DNA of 64,000 nucleotides from Phoronis australis (Eukaryota; Animalia; Phoronida): positions 220,792 through 284,791 of the forward strand of contig NMRA01000289.1 in the NCBI GenBank assembly GCA_002633005.1. The letters run 5' to 3'. The notes under the pieces were generated by a model. It saw only the letters and a program-made list of their open reading frames with translations. It was not told where the DNA came from and made no database searches. A program made the translations under genes and the position numbers. Numbering within the stretch: position 1 is the first letter of the stretch; each line of letters starts with the position of its first letter. Below, piece after piece: positions 24,751 to 38,024 of this stretch.

Positions 24751-27700
24751 AATAGTTCATTCAACCACAGCGGCCATGTTAATTAAAATGAAGAGAAAAC
24801 ATTATCACTGAACTCTCTTGAACCGTGCCTAAAATGTCAGTTGTGGTGAATTATCGCAGGGAAGTCTGAGTTGCAAGTAATGAGCAGAGCCGAGATAATT
24901 ATCGATACATCGAAATGGAACAAGTCTTCTCATGTAGTTGTGTACCTATCACCTGCAGAAAGGCGAGTTATGCGATGACCAAATTACCTTTAAAAGGTCT
25001 CTCATTGGACAGTGCGAAGTGTCCGTCTGCACAAACGTTACGAATCGCTTACATGCGTGCTTGGCTGGTCTGTTTGTTTTGATTACAATATTCCGATTTC
25101 GTGACCAGGCCATGCGGTCATCTGCGACCTATATGCTCGTCAGTCGGTCGTCGGCGGGAGGAATAACTGTGCGGGTAAAATTAGAGAAGCGTAAGAAAAA
25201 TGGGGGCCGTTGCAGCCGTACGACTTTCTTTTGGTCGACGAAAATTTACGCCCAATAAGGAACCTCAGTTCCTCAGTCGTCGGCGCCGATGATTTAATTT
25301 ACACTTTTGGCGACCTCAGTTTTGATTTGATGACCTGGGATTTTTGCGAGGTCGCAAAATGCGACTCGTCGTTTAGCTAAGCCTCGAGCGCTGGTTTTTG
25401 TTATTATGCAAATAGTGGCGTACACCTTATTCCTGGCGTGGTCAAATACAAGCCCAGTTACACAGAGCAGCACATGCATGAACATACGACAATTTGTTTG
25501 TAAAGGTAGATTCTATGTATTTTAATTAATGAATCGTGCAAAAATTAATTAAGGGCATGGTTTCTCTTTAATGATACACTACGGTGGACTTCCTCCAACT
25601 TGATAATGTTTTGTTCATCAACTTTGGAAATATTATTAAAAGCACATTCCACCCACACCCGCTCAAGCCTCAATATAGTGATCTCTGTATGGTAACATAG
25701 GATTATCCGCAGAAATCATTTCCTGACCAATCCCAGAATTCGGTACGCAAGACACAAGTGACGGAAAAACATAGACGTTGTCACAGGATTAACCAAAAGT
25801 GTCTATTTATAGACAGCGTCGTTAGTCAGTTTGGTCTAAAAAGGCGAGTTAAGTGAACAACTTGGAGAATAATTATTGTATAGTATATTCATGTGTTTTA
25901 TGAATTGTCACCAGTCTTTTGTCCAATCATTTGGACTTCATATGGCACCTGAGAGTAGTTTACAGTGGGCCCTACAGTAAGTCGTGGTTAATATGACACT
26001 TTGAACTTTAGTATGTCCCAACGCCACTGTAACGTCCACCGTTTTCCGCCTAAGTTGGCGAGCCACGTTTTATTGTGCAACGTTTTCTATAAATAAATAA
26101 TGTGTCTCACGCATTCGTTGTTTTTGTTTACTGAAGTACACGTAGTTTAACTCATTATATAGAACTTTGAAATTGTTCCTTAGTTCTACAGTTCAATAGG
26201 TTTTATCGAACGGAAAGTATCCAAGTGAAAAAGCAGTGCGTCATCTCGAACAACATTCATTTTAAGAAAATCAATGTTTTCAAACAAGTTATATTTTAGA
26301 CGTGTTTTACATTCTGGTTGTCATTACTTTCAGTGCTTTTAAAAAAGCGCTAACAACAAATTACAAGTATCGGATCTCCACCAACTTACTTCAAGAATGT
26401 GACCATACGTTTACATCGTGGTACGTTATGATGAAATCGACAGGGTGCAAGTCATGATATTTTAAAATCTTGATGTGGACATTCGCCATGATCTTGCCAC
26501 GTTCCGATATAGCGGATACGTAATGAAACGAACTTTGGGTGGCAGTGAATAGTTTTTTGAGCGACGGTCCAATTTACTTCCCGTCTTCCAGTTTCATTAA
26601 AAATTTGAGACTCCTGGATTAGTTGGGCATTTTAAGTTTTATGTTGCATGTGAAGGTTACGAATGGCATTTGCTTGATTTTTGTGTCTGTTTTCAGTGAA
26701 ACATTGCCAGTTGATGATCCCGTGACCCATTTTTTATTCATTCGTGGCTTTTCTTAAACCTTTACTATTTGCAAGCGGTAGGTTGAACTTTAGCTGGTTC
26801 TTTAGGTACCGGCTCTCCGACACTTTGGAATTGTAAATATTTCTGGTTGGTCGACACCTGGTTTTCACCTGTTTTGTGGGATCTGGAGAGTTTTGGTAGT
26901 TTGAATGCGCTGTTTCTCAGTTCGTAGAAATTACATGTAAGTACATGTAGTGGCTTTGGGAACAAAAACTGCTGATTTGGTGTAGCCAGCTGCACTTCCC
27001 GGGTAGTCGTAAAAGATGGATAATTGACTTTGGAATCAGTTTCAATAGAAAAGAGTGAAATGTCAGTCGGAACACGCAAAAAAGTCCCAAATACGTTTCT
27101 TGTTGAACGGGAGATTACGCGTGCTGTACATCCAAAAGTGTCCGACGGCGTCTTTTGTTTTTAAGTCGAAAATATGGGTCCCGCAAAAACACATGGAAAG
27201 TAACTTTTTTCTTTTTAGCCTAACGGGAAAATAGGACTATGTGGCGTGGAAAATCACTATGATATATCTCAATTTCGCCGTTTGTCAAAAAGCCCGACAT
27301 TTTGATGGTGTAACAGGATAGCGCGAAAAAACGTCAAAAACGTTGACAATCCGCCCAGAACGGGACACTTAGCAAGTACGCAGATTCTTTTGCAAGGTAA
27401 ACTTTTCATTTTTATTTTATTTCAAGAGTATTGGTAAATACTATAAATAAAAGTGCTGCTAAGAAATTGAATTAATATTATATCTGGGCAACAGTTAAGC
27501 AGTGCGCAGATGAGTTATAGAAACAATAAAAACAGTATCAATATATACATATACACTTGTATATAAACACATAACCTTAGCTACTCAAATAAGTGCTCGG
27601 AAGTTACTCAAACACATCTGTTAGTAAACTTTTCATTTATTATTGCGGAACAAACACGTTCACAGCAAGCCACGTCTTTCCGTAAAATAAAGTTACATGT

Positions 27701-28736
27701 TTTTTTTTTTTAAATCAGTGTTAAAACAGTCAAAAATGTCTTGTTGAAAAAAATGAAACCGAGAGACCATGAACAATAATGTTTATAGCATTTCTATTAA
27801 GTATTTTGATAGGCTGATAGGCTAGAGACCAGCCAATTCCCGGTAACCAGCCAGCGCCACCTGTCGGTGCGTGTAATGAATGACCATATTTTGCTAAGTA
27901 ATAGCTGGTTGTCTGGAACCGTACTTCAAGAGTGTCTCTTGATGATCCAAGCTATAAAATTAAGCTTCATTTGATAACTACAACTCCAGCGGCAAATTCC
28001 ATGAAATCACGGAGTCCCAAGCTCTAACACAAGAATCCATGGGTAACGCATGGGGCTTGGGATTCCAATCCTCCAGTTCTACTATTTCAGCAAAGGTTTC
28101 ATTTTTTTACTGAGGCACTTTAAGAAGGGTAAGCAAGATTTGAAACGCCATGATTGGCTAAGCAAGGAGTACAAAACAACCCGCATAATTTTCCAGGAGC
28201 TCGATTTTCAAAAACAACATAGACCAGAACCAATGCGTATACGATTGAACCGGGATTCGTTGCAACCGCAGCGACAAGCTCGGCTGGATGATCTAAAAGT
28301 CACCCAATAAATAGTAGAATACTTTGGGCTTTATTGTCACTGACCTTGCTTTCAACAAATGTCTCGCAAGGCAATCATTGGCGATTTGAAATAAAATCAA
28401 AAAACACAACGGATTTTACTGTTATGTGGCTCTGACCAAAGTTAATAACTTCAACAAGTCTGTCCTACCCAGCTGTAATCTCAAAAGCGCGTTTTGGTTC
28501 TGTAAAACGATAATGTCTCTTAAACACAGTTGTACTATTGCGTCAGAGATTTTCCCTTGACAACAGAAACAGCGGGTGTATTGATTTCTGAATCAATATC
28601 TCGAAACTATTTACTCAAAAATTCACCTCTATGGGACTTTAATCGACCTTCCGACTCATGTTTCCATTATTTAAATCCATCACACACGTCCGTCACATTA
28701 ATAGCAGTTCCATTATTGTTCAAGTTGAACTGTACC

Positions 28737-29030
28737 ATGGTTTCATGTAAGGTTTTTGGATTTTTTCTGGTTCTCAGCTATCAATCCGTTTGCAAGGCTT
28801 ACACCCAGGACGAGAGATGTGCTCAAGACGTTGCAATAACAGAGGGTGTCATCTCTAAACACCAAGTGCAGTACATACAGACGTGTAAGAAATTGTGTGA
28901 CAACATCGCCGATTGCGCTGGGTTTAACTATGAAGTGCGCAAGAAGAAGAAGTGCGTGTTAAATTCCGATGTGGTTGGTGACGACGGGACGCGACTGTCT
29001 TACAAACCATCTTACACTTACCTGGAAAAG
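28737..29030 (+). CDS. PAN/Apple-olfactomedin secreted protein, copy 1, exon 1 (signal peptide + PAN domain)
   Basis: ACCATGG Kozak context and hydrophobic leader MVSCKVFGFFLVLSYQSVCKA. PAN pattern CKKLCDNIADCAGFNY..KCVLNS..YTYLEK. Donor AAG|GTAGTA; 294 nt, the same size as in the intact paralogs. Confidence 0.9.
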
Positions 29031-29961
29031 GTAGTAAACAGCATAACATTTAACGGTGTTGTTGAGAAATGTTATTCTGAAATTGTTTTGTAAATGGTTT
29101 AGTACGTTTGTTTTCTTTCATTCCACTCAGACACGTGATACTATGTTCTGCTCATGGATTTTCGTGCAATATCATTAAAAGCCATTGCCATCATCGTCAA
29201 CTAACTGTCGCTTTCATTCAGTTTTTAAAAATATGGTCCTAAATTCTCAGCATAAACGTGAATAGACAACTTTCTTTGGGGAGAATTTTAAAATACTTCA
29301 CAGCAAGCAAGAATATTTCGGGAGATACTTTATTTGAAAAATTGTTGAGTCGACAGACCGAAGGGCCACTGGTCGTAAGGTTCCAGAAAAATAGACTATG
29401 AGTCCTTCGGACTAAATACGCATGTAGTTTATAGTTACTTTATTACTTAACTGTTCGTCAGTCCGAAGAAACAGTAGTCCAAAGAATTTTTGGTACGAAG
29501 GGCCGACAGTCTGAAATATCTTGGGTTTATTTTTCAACTATGAGATCGTTCTTGGTCGATAGTCCGATGGGTATTTAATGATTTTATCATCTCAAAATCT
29601 ACGATACATTTGATAGTTGCTTTTTCATTCTAGACGACCTCTTTTGTGGCTTGAATTACTTATATTTAAAGTACAATAATGGTTAATTGTGGTTATTGTT
29701 GTCGATGGAGATTTACACAAATGCCTGACATATCTGTGCTAATAGAAAATTTGATATTACGTAATAATTGTTCGTTATGCATTCTTAATTTCACTTTTAA
29801 TTCGAGCTTCAACGCGCCGCTGGAGCTTCAAGAGCCCGTCGTGTGAATGACCATTCGGACTCTTCAGCCGAACCCAAATTATTGACTCCATGAATAGAAT
29901 TAATTACTTTCATTGAAATTGACAGTTCAAGAATGAAAATGTTGAAATTTGCGTTTTACAG

Positions 29962-30013
29962 CAAAAAGGAAATGCTACAACGTTCGAAACAACGTCTTGC
30001 ACAGAATTCCAAG
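29962..30013 (+). CDS. PAN-OLF copy 1, exon 2 (52-nt linker exon QKGNATTFETTSCTEFQ-G)
   Basis: Acceptor TTTTACAG| and donor G|GTACGT. Homologous 52-nt exons are at 41503, 50818 and 62647. Confidence 0.85.
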
Positions 30014-30764
30014 GTACGTAGAAGTTCTCAAGCGATATCGCTCCACTTTTTCCGTAAATGCTGTTCCATTCTACGTACACACAGAGGAACTCTGAGAATA
30101 AATTCCACCAAATAAAGTGCACCCACTAGAAAATATCTTCAATCGTTTTATCCTCGTCGAAACCACACCATACCTAGCAAGTGACTGGCCACATCGCGGT
30201 CAATTCCATTTGACACTACGAAGATATTCAACTGAAAATAGTCGGAAAATAATTTTTTCACTTTGTTGTAATAAAATTCTTGCAAAGAATGAGATCAGAT
30301 TTTATCAAAGAAACTATGCAATTCGTCAGTAGTTAAAACATGTTTTGGGCCAGAGCTATGCTAGGTATAAGGCACTTAGGGCATGCCTTGAGTATTTTCA
30401 CACAACCATTGAAAAATTGTCAAGCTACAACTTTCATGAACGGTGTATCTTGTCACGTTATCATAAGTTTTTTTCAATAATCACATATAATTTGAATGGA
30501 ATTTGCCAAAGTGAAGAAGCGTACAGGTAAGCTATTTTGACGTCATCGAAACATTATGTCGCCGTGACTACATGGCTGTTCGAGAAAAATATATCCCGGT
30601 AATTATAAACGTCACTTAATTTTGTTACTGGACATAGTTAAGATTTCTGTGAGGAATATTGTACAGCTCGGCATCATTTTTGCATATTATTTTACAAGGA
30701 AAGCCATGCTCATTTTAGTCACATTAAATAGAAAATTATGAACTAAGAACAAAGTCCTCGAATC

Positions 30765-33700
30765 GCTGAGGTGTACGTCTGGTTGGACTCCTTCTGGACG
30801 AGCTCCAGGAATATTCTCCTCTGGAGCTGTTGACTCAGGTGGTGACTCGAGAGTTGGGTGGTCATCAGCCACTTTGGGCTCTTCTGTTTTCAACAGACCT
30901 CGCCGATTCCTCCTATAGATTGTTGGTCCCACTTGGATGTTGTAACTACCTGGACCGACCTGGTCGCTGCAGATTCCGGGGGGTATACTTGTTCTCACCC
31001 GGCACCTTTTGACGCACAGTATCACCAAGCTCATTAGTGGCTAGAGCTTTTGCGCCTTTATCGTAGTAGAAACGCTGTGGCTCCTTGCGTCCTTTTAGAT
31101 CTCGAATGTCACCTTCCTTAGGCTCCAGTAGGCGATCTGTCATCGGTAACAAGGTGCGACATCTTCGTCCCACAAGACGTTCAGCGGGGCTCGTGAACAT
31201 ACCTTCAGTTGGTATGTTTTGCTAGTCAAGCAAAGCTTGAAGTTCTGAGGTTATGTCCGACTGACATTTCTTGAACAACCGCTTCACCGTCTTCAGTGCA
31301 TTTTCTGCCTTGCCGTTGGATTGCGCATAATGAGAGGATGACGTGTTATGCACAGAATTCCATTTTGTAGCCAACACTACAAATTCTGTTGCACTGAACT
31401 GAGGCTCATTTTCGCTAAAGACCTGGAGAACACCATTACAGCGAAGATTCTCATCTTCTCTTTGATGACAGCTCTGGATGTCGTTGAAGAGAAATTGGCG
31501 ACTTCTATATAATTGCTAGAAATCCACCAAGACAAGTAAAGTCCTCCCATTGAACTCGGACAGGTCAGCCGCAATCTTCGCCCATGGCAAGGTTATCACT
31601 GAATGTGTCATTAGAGTCTCCCTTGGTTGATTCGACCGATATGACAGATATGTGTCACATTGTGTGATGAATTATCTGATGTCAACTGCCATGCCCGGCC
31701 AGTACATGGACTCTCTAGACCCATCTATTCCAATGTGAGTTGAGTTCAGTTGAGACAACATTTGCCTCCTCATACACCTGGGAATGATCACCTGACATCC
31801 TCCAAACACCAAGGGTCCTTCGCACACCAGCTGGTCGCGCATACCAAAGAAGTGACGTAGAATCTGCGAAACTGCGCTGCGGGTGCCTAGCCAGCCAGCA
31901 TGAACCATTTTGTTCAGCTCAAACAGAGCTGGGTCTTCGGCTGACTCTGCCGCCAATTGTCACCAAAGGTCAGTTGTCAAAGCATCCCATTCTTGTATAT
32001 GGTTGATGGTCACTACCTCATTCACCTCATATGTATCTTTCAGATATGATCTACTTAGAGTATCTGCTAAGAAAAGGCTCTCTCCGTTAACGTATGCAAC
32101 GGTTAATGCATATTTCTGCAGCCTTAGGAACATGCGCTGTAGCCTTTTCGGTAACTGATACAGGGGCTTCCTCGCAATCATTTTAAAGGGTTTGTGAACT
32201 GTATTGACTGTCACATGATCTCTGTCATAGATGTATGTATTGAACGTCTCACAGGCAAAGACAAGGGCTAATAGCTCTTCCTCGATTTGAACACAGCTTT
32301 GTTCTGCAGAAGTAAGTGATCGGGATGGGTAGGCCACGGGTTGTGCATTCTGTAACAACGCTGCGCCAAGTCCAAGTCCGGACTGGGATGCATCGCACTG
32401 TATCGTCAGCTCTTCATCCAGGTTGTAATATTGCAAACGGGCTGGAGTACTTGTGATGGCCTGCTTGAGTTTATCGATCGCCTGCACCTGTTGCACATCG
32501 CAGGACCAAGGAACTTCCTTTCTTGTAAGCGCTCTCAAAGGTTCCACAGTACTGGAGAGGTTGGGCAAACACTTACCAGAGTATTGGGCTGTGCCTAAGA
32601 GTCTCTGGACACTCTGGACGTCTTCTGCGAACGGCATTTCCAAAACAGCTTGGAGTTTACTTGGGTCGGCCTGAATACCTTTGTCCGAGGCTATGTGACC
32701 GACAAATTCCACAGAGGATGGCCTAAACTTGAATTTCTTATGGTTCAATGCTACATGCTTGTCCTTGCATCGTTGTAAAAAATGTACAGAGATTGTTGTC
32801 GTGATCACGTACAACTTCTGTAGTGTTCCCAAAATCGACTACCAGGAAGTCGATCGCCTGAACCTCAAAGACAAGTAGACCTTGTATAAGCTCGAGTGTT
32901 TTCCTTTGAAATACTTCTGGTGCTGACTTTATTCCAAAGGGAAGACGGAGCCATATATATCTCCCAAAGGGTGTGTGGAAGGTTGTCAACTGGGATGAAT
33001 CTTCAGTTAAAGTTACATGCCAAAATCCTTTGGTCACGTCGAGCACAGAAATAGTTTTGCGTTGTGTAATCTTGTAGCGATGTCTTTCACGGTTGGCATC
33101 TCGTAGTGCTCTCGAAGAATGACCTCATTCAGGTGTTTGGGGTCCAAACAGATGCGCAGGCCATTGTCTTTTTTACAGACAGCAACCATAGAGTTGAGCC
33201 ACTCCGTGGGCTCTTTGAGCGGGGCAATGATCCCATCCTTGACAAGAACCTCCAGCTTCGCTTTCAAGGGTTCCCTGAGGGGCACTGGTACCTTGTGTGG
33301 TGCATGTTGTACAGCTTACACAATACGTTGGCATCCTTAGTGTACGGTCGTCTCATTTTGTCGTTGACTGTGTATTTGAGTACATTCAAACCAACGCACG
33401 CCTTCTCCCCTGGGAGGTGTCTTTCATTGGGATTGTCCACCACTAGACATCTGATGTTGCATCTTCTATCAAATCTCGAAACACCTAGAATCATTTGACC
33501 CATCGCTGGAAGTTTGCTTCCTCCATAGGCCTCTATGCACGATGTCACTGACTCCAGTTTGCTAAGTGTATGGTCTCCCTTAGCTTCCGTATACACTGTA
33601 GATGTGGAGTGGGATAACTGATGTTTCAGCTCCACTGTCGATCTGAAACTGCACAAAGTTCCCGTTTTTAATACATAGTGTTGTTATCTGTGGGGGCGAT

Positions 33701-34800
33701 AGCTCTCCCATGTTGGAGACTGCGTACGTTTTGGGGTGTTCCTCTTCATACAATGCATTGGCCTTCTTTGTAGATGCGTCAGTCCAACATTTAACGGCAA
33801 AGTGGTTAGATTTTCTGCATTTGTTGCATTGCTTTCCTTTCGCAGGACATTTTTCACGATGCTTAAGTCCACAGTTTTGGCACTCATTCTGTTTGCTCGT
33901 CAGTGTCTGTTTTCGTTCCTCTGTGTTGGCTGGTGCTTCTTTCTAGTGTTGACTGCATGGACGCCCGTTGTAGCCTTTCCAATCCACTTCATCTGAGCTG
34001 ATGCTGATTCATCCGCCCTGAAAATCTCATTGGTTTTTTGTCAACGTAAGTGAAGCTTATCTGAGTAGGCGTTCACGTACCTTGGGATCTCTAATGCCGA
34101 ATACCGAACGGTCTCTGAGTATGTCGTCTGGCGTGATGTCGGCAAACTCGCACCTCTCGGCCAATTTTCGCAAAGCCGCTTTTTACTGTTCGTACGATTC
34201 ACCCGGTTCCCGTATACGCTTTTTAAAGCAGTATCTCTCAAATGTGGTGTTCGTTTTCGGTTCGCTGCACGCCTCAAACCTGTCCATTACAGCACCAATC
34301 TGTTCTCTTTCGGCATCAGTCATGTTGATGTTTTATAAAAGATCTTTTGCTTCTTCTCCAATTACATTAAGGGTGTTGCCACCTGGACATTTTCGGGCTT
34401 CTCGGTAAGTTCCGATGCCAGCGAGTAATTTGCGCAAGCATTCCGGAATTTCCTGCAGTCCTCTGCCACATTGTTGGAGTTCAGATCCAAGGGGGAGGGA
34501 GGGGGTAAACCATATGCATGGGCCATAGTGAGATGCAATCTGAGACACCAGGGACTTCTTAAGCAAGTCTTTGAAGTCAAGTCAGAGTAAGAACTGGAAT
34601 GAACTCACCGGATCTGGCTTACTAGTTTAGGGTTTAATGAGCAAAACCACAATGCTTGTTCATAAATTTGGTCTGCTCGTCTCTTCAGTGGTTCATCAGG
34701 GCCCTGTTCACGCTGTCACCATGTAACGAATTGCTGTTAACTCGTAGATTTTAACTAATAAAATATCACTTTATTATATCATGACCTCATGGTCTGAGAC
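30765..34800 (-). mobile_element. Degenerate Ty3/gypsy LTR retrotransposon (gag-pol) in intron 2 of PAN-OLF copy 1
   Basis: Gag PPPSPLDL..VAEDCRKFR..VQVAT with a CCHC knuckle at about 33790..33880. RT: LRICLDPKHLNEVI, LDVTKGFWHV, TTFHTPFGRY..LPFGIKSAPEVFQ. RNase H: IQCDASQSG..IEEELLAL..LADTLSR. Integrase: NGKAENALKTVK. PBS-like TGGTGACAGCG follows ..ACA at 34721..34711. Many frameshifts; no 3' LTR seen. Confidence 0.92.
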
Positions 34801-36921
34801 AGGAATTTGATGACAACAGCAAGTAGATCTGACTAAACTGTCATTACGACTAAAGTCCAAAACTTCGAATAAAACGCCTAATCAAACATCGCGTCACAGG
34901 TCGGCTACAATTTTTACAGTCTCTGGGTCGATTGCACTGACATACGAGTGTTCGTATACTAAAATATCTTTGGCAGCGGCCGATAGCGCCCATATATAGT
35001 GTCATGCGCCATGTGATGCTACGCCTGTGTCTCGAATTTGGAACATGCGCCTATAGACCTTTGTGAAACATTTGTCGTGACTCAATCCGACGGGCAAATG
35101 GTACTAAAATTTTTTGGTTTACTGTAAGTTCGAGTTTTCCTTTGCAAAATGGTTAATGTTGGTGTGATTCCATTTTAACACAAGCCATTCAATGAAAAGT
35201 AATACAGATAGGTAAAAACACACGAAAAACTCCCAGTCGGGCACAAAAGGCATAAAACAAGGTATAGCAGTTCATGCACTTAGATTCGAAACACTTGCGC
35301 AAAAAAAAATAAAATGTAATGGGTAGATTCGTTTTCACAACCAGTAAAAACATATTTGCCCTAGACAGTTTCGGCTCCTATCAACAACCAACGTGCATCA
35401 TCCCAGTTAATCACTTCTGTCACGCTTTAGAATTAAAAAATGGCCGCAAAAAGAGGAAATTCATTGTAAACCCCAATATATCGCTTTATTGGTTATCAAG
35501 CATTTGCGGGTCCCAGTTGCATAAAAGTTATACGCCGCATAGCAACAATGACGTCGCATTGTCACGCGCCACATCGTTATTGTTGAACAGTCCACCTGAC
35601 GTCATGCAACAATCAAACTTATCCAGCGGATAGTTTTGAAGTTATATGCAACCCAGCCCACGTGAGTACAGATACAACACCGATAGTTCACATAGGAAGT
35701 CTGTAGAACTTCAATGCACGGCTATAAGATAATACCGTACCTGCAGGTTAAAAAAGGTTTGCTTAGCATTCCGTGAATAGTGAGCTTTGTGTTCTTTAAT
35801 TCTTTACATTCTCAAACTTAAGGTTATTTGATGAGTATTTTTTCTCTACGGTTGTCCGAGGTAATAATCCTAACGTCATCAGGTTTGTGACCAGTCTCTA
35901 AACTGTACGTCATTACTCATTAGATCTGATGCTCTTTCACCCGATTACTAAACCTTCATTGGATGGACCCAATAAAGAAGCATGGCAATTATTACAGTCA
36001 ATATGGTAAACAACAATAGTCGAATGAGTGATTAAAGGTTGGAAACGGGTTTTAAGTTGCTGAATCCTTGTTTCTTATAACTTTTGGTTGGTTTTGAATT
36101 GTTTGGAGTTGACTCTACAACAATTTTACGTCGTTTCACTAAAATTTGCGTTTTTAAAGAAACGCATCTATTCTTAATCTACAAAAGTAGGTGACCTTAC
36201 GACAACCGCTAATGTTTACTATAAAGAGTGCCACGTTGACGTCAACGAATTGCCTGTTTGCCACGATGCAAAATCACTCTTCTAGAGCCACTTTTATGTG
36301 TTTGATCTGACATCACAACCAAGATTTACTCATCGAACGGCAGAAAATTAAAGTTCTTCTGTTGTATTTGTACCTGGTTGGTTTCTAAGCCCCGTCTTCG
36401 CGATCTGATTGTACGATACGATTTTTGTTTACGAGACTATCTACACTGTCTGATTTTTTCTGAAATTTTAGGGGAGTGCCGTTATTGAATAGCAGCATTC
36501 AAAAGTTCACCTCCCCTCAATGCGCATTATGTTCACATGATCCTTTCAAACCATTTCAAAAATAATACTACCTGATGGTTAATAAACTAAAGCCGTTGAA
36601 CGAGAGTAGTAGAAAAATCAGATGTGCTTTATTTCAAAAGACGAACCAGAAACGGTGTTTGATTCCAAAAAGTCGTGCCGAAACAACTGCCTACACAGTA
36701 AGCACTCTGGCACCAATGTTGGTTTATGTAATACTTGCATGCATATACATATACGTGCATGGATCCAACAACCTGTTGTTCACTGGGCCCCGCTACTGTA
36801 TAGTACGGCCCTGGTTTCAGTAAGTGTGGATAAGTTGTTTCAGTCAATGGGCTCAATTAGCTCATTGTTTCAGATATCTATAATTTCTCTAATACTGAAA
36901 TACTTGCAACTTCATTTTCAG

Positions 36922-37114
36922 GCTGTAGACCAATTTTGAAATTTGATACTTACGAACTCTTGGTGCAGAGGCGCGACACCTATGGTTGGTGGGGTAGAGA
37001 CTGTTGGCCCTACGCTACAGACGACTATTGGTACGAAATGACGCACTACAATAAAAGGCGTAACCTCTACGAGTACACCAGTCTGCAGAATTTCAAAAGC
37101 GATAGTTTCATTGA
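36922..37114 (+). CDS. PAN-OLF copy 1, exon 3 (N-terminal part of the olfactomedin domain)
   Basis: TTTTCAG|GC TGT AGA CCA gives GCRPILKFDTYELLVQRRDTYGWWGRDCWP..LYEYTSLQNFKSD. Donor GA|GTAAGT; 193 nt as in copy 3. Confidence 0.88.
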
Positions 37115-38024
37115 GTAAGTTTTCATAATACCCCAATATAGGGTTGCTTAGTTTATGTCCGAGAGCACTATAAGAGGGCTTATACCTTTTGCCGGGGTAT
37201 TGAAACGCTGTATATGAAGAAAGCGGCTACGTCTTCCATTGAACTGAGTACGAGATAAGTGACGTAGAATTGTTTTATATGTCATTCCAGTGTTTCGAGG
37301 TCACAACGTTGCTCGTACATTTACGACAACAGGGAGATAAAAATTGAAAAAAATGACACAGACAGTGTGCACGTTAACTTCTGTAGACGCAAGAAACTCG
37401 GGAAAAAGCAAGATCCCGTAAAATCGTCCTAATGTTTCGCAAGTAAGGTGCCTAGCAAAAAGGCAGCCATTGAATTGATTGTCTGTTGGAATGTTGCATT
37501 ATGGGATGTAATTCACTGATTCCATTTCGTGAGTTAAGATTTTTCCCAGACCCAAGTGCCATTAAGTTTCGTCAAATTTTGCGTTCTTCCAGCAGCCTGA
37601 CATCATTTTTAATCGATTCCTTCCCGAGTTTTTCACTACTTAGGAAACATGAAGAAATTGTGCGTCATGCAGTTTCACAATCCTCACGAAAAACCTTAGG
37701 ATGCGCTTCTCTCTTACGCTACAACTTGTTGGGGTGTCATTTCCTTTCGTTCGCTTCCTGTAGCCATGCAACACTAGAGATGATAAAAAATAAGTTCACT
37801 TTTTTACCTTGTTCTTACCTTTTATTTATTTGATACTTCTAAAATAATCGGCCGATCGCTAAGTTATTTGCGTTAGTCAATGATCAAGTGATCCTGTCGA
37901 GCAGTGGTCAAAGCACCCGAATCCTATCTGAAAATACAATCTCGAATCGAGTCACGTTTCTTTCATTGTCCCAGACATCTGCAGCAGTATGATGCAGCTT
38001 ATAAACTGTCGTTGTACTTTACAG

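Noticed and set aside
28530-28736. N-terminal extension of ORF 28530..29093
   Set aside because: It starts at a non-ATG codon. The true start is ATG 28737 (Kozak context, signal peptide, 294-nt exon matching all paralogs).
29350-29570. Short degenerate AGTCCGAAGG-like repeats superficially resembling a spacer-repeat array
   Set aside because: Repeats are irregular, about 10 bp and in both orientations in eukaryotic intron DNA. They are more consistent with MITE subterminal repeats than CRISPR.
36622-36780. Cys-rich ORF just upstream of copy 1 exon 3 as a possible extra exon
   Set aside because: It has no counterpart in copy 3, and the 4-exon model is already in frame with identical exon sizes.
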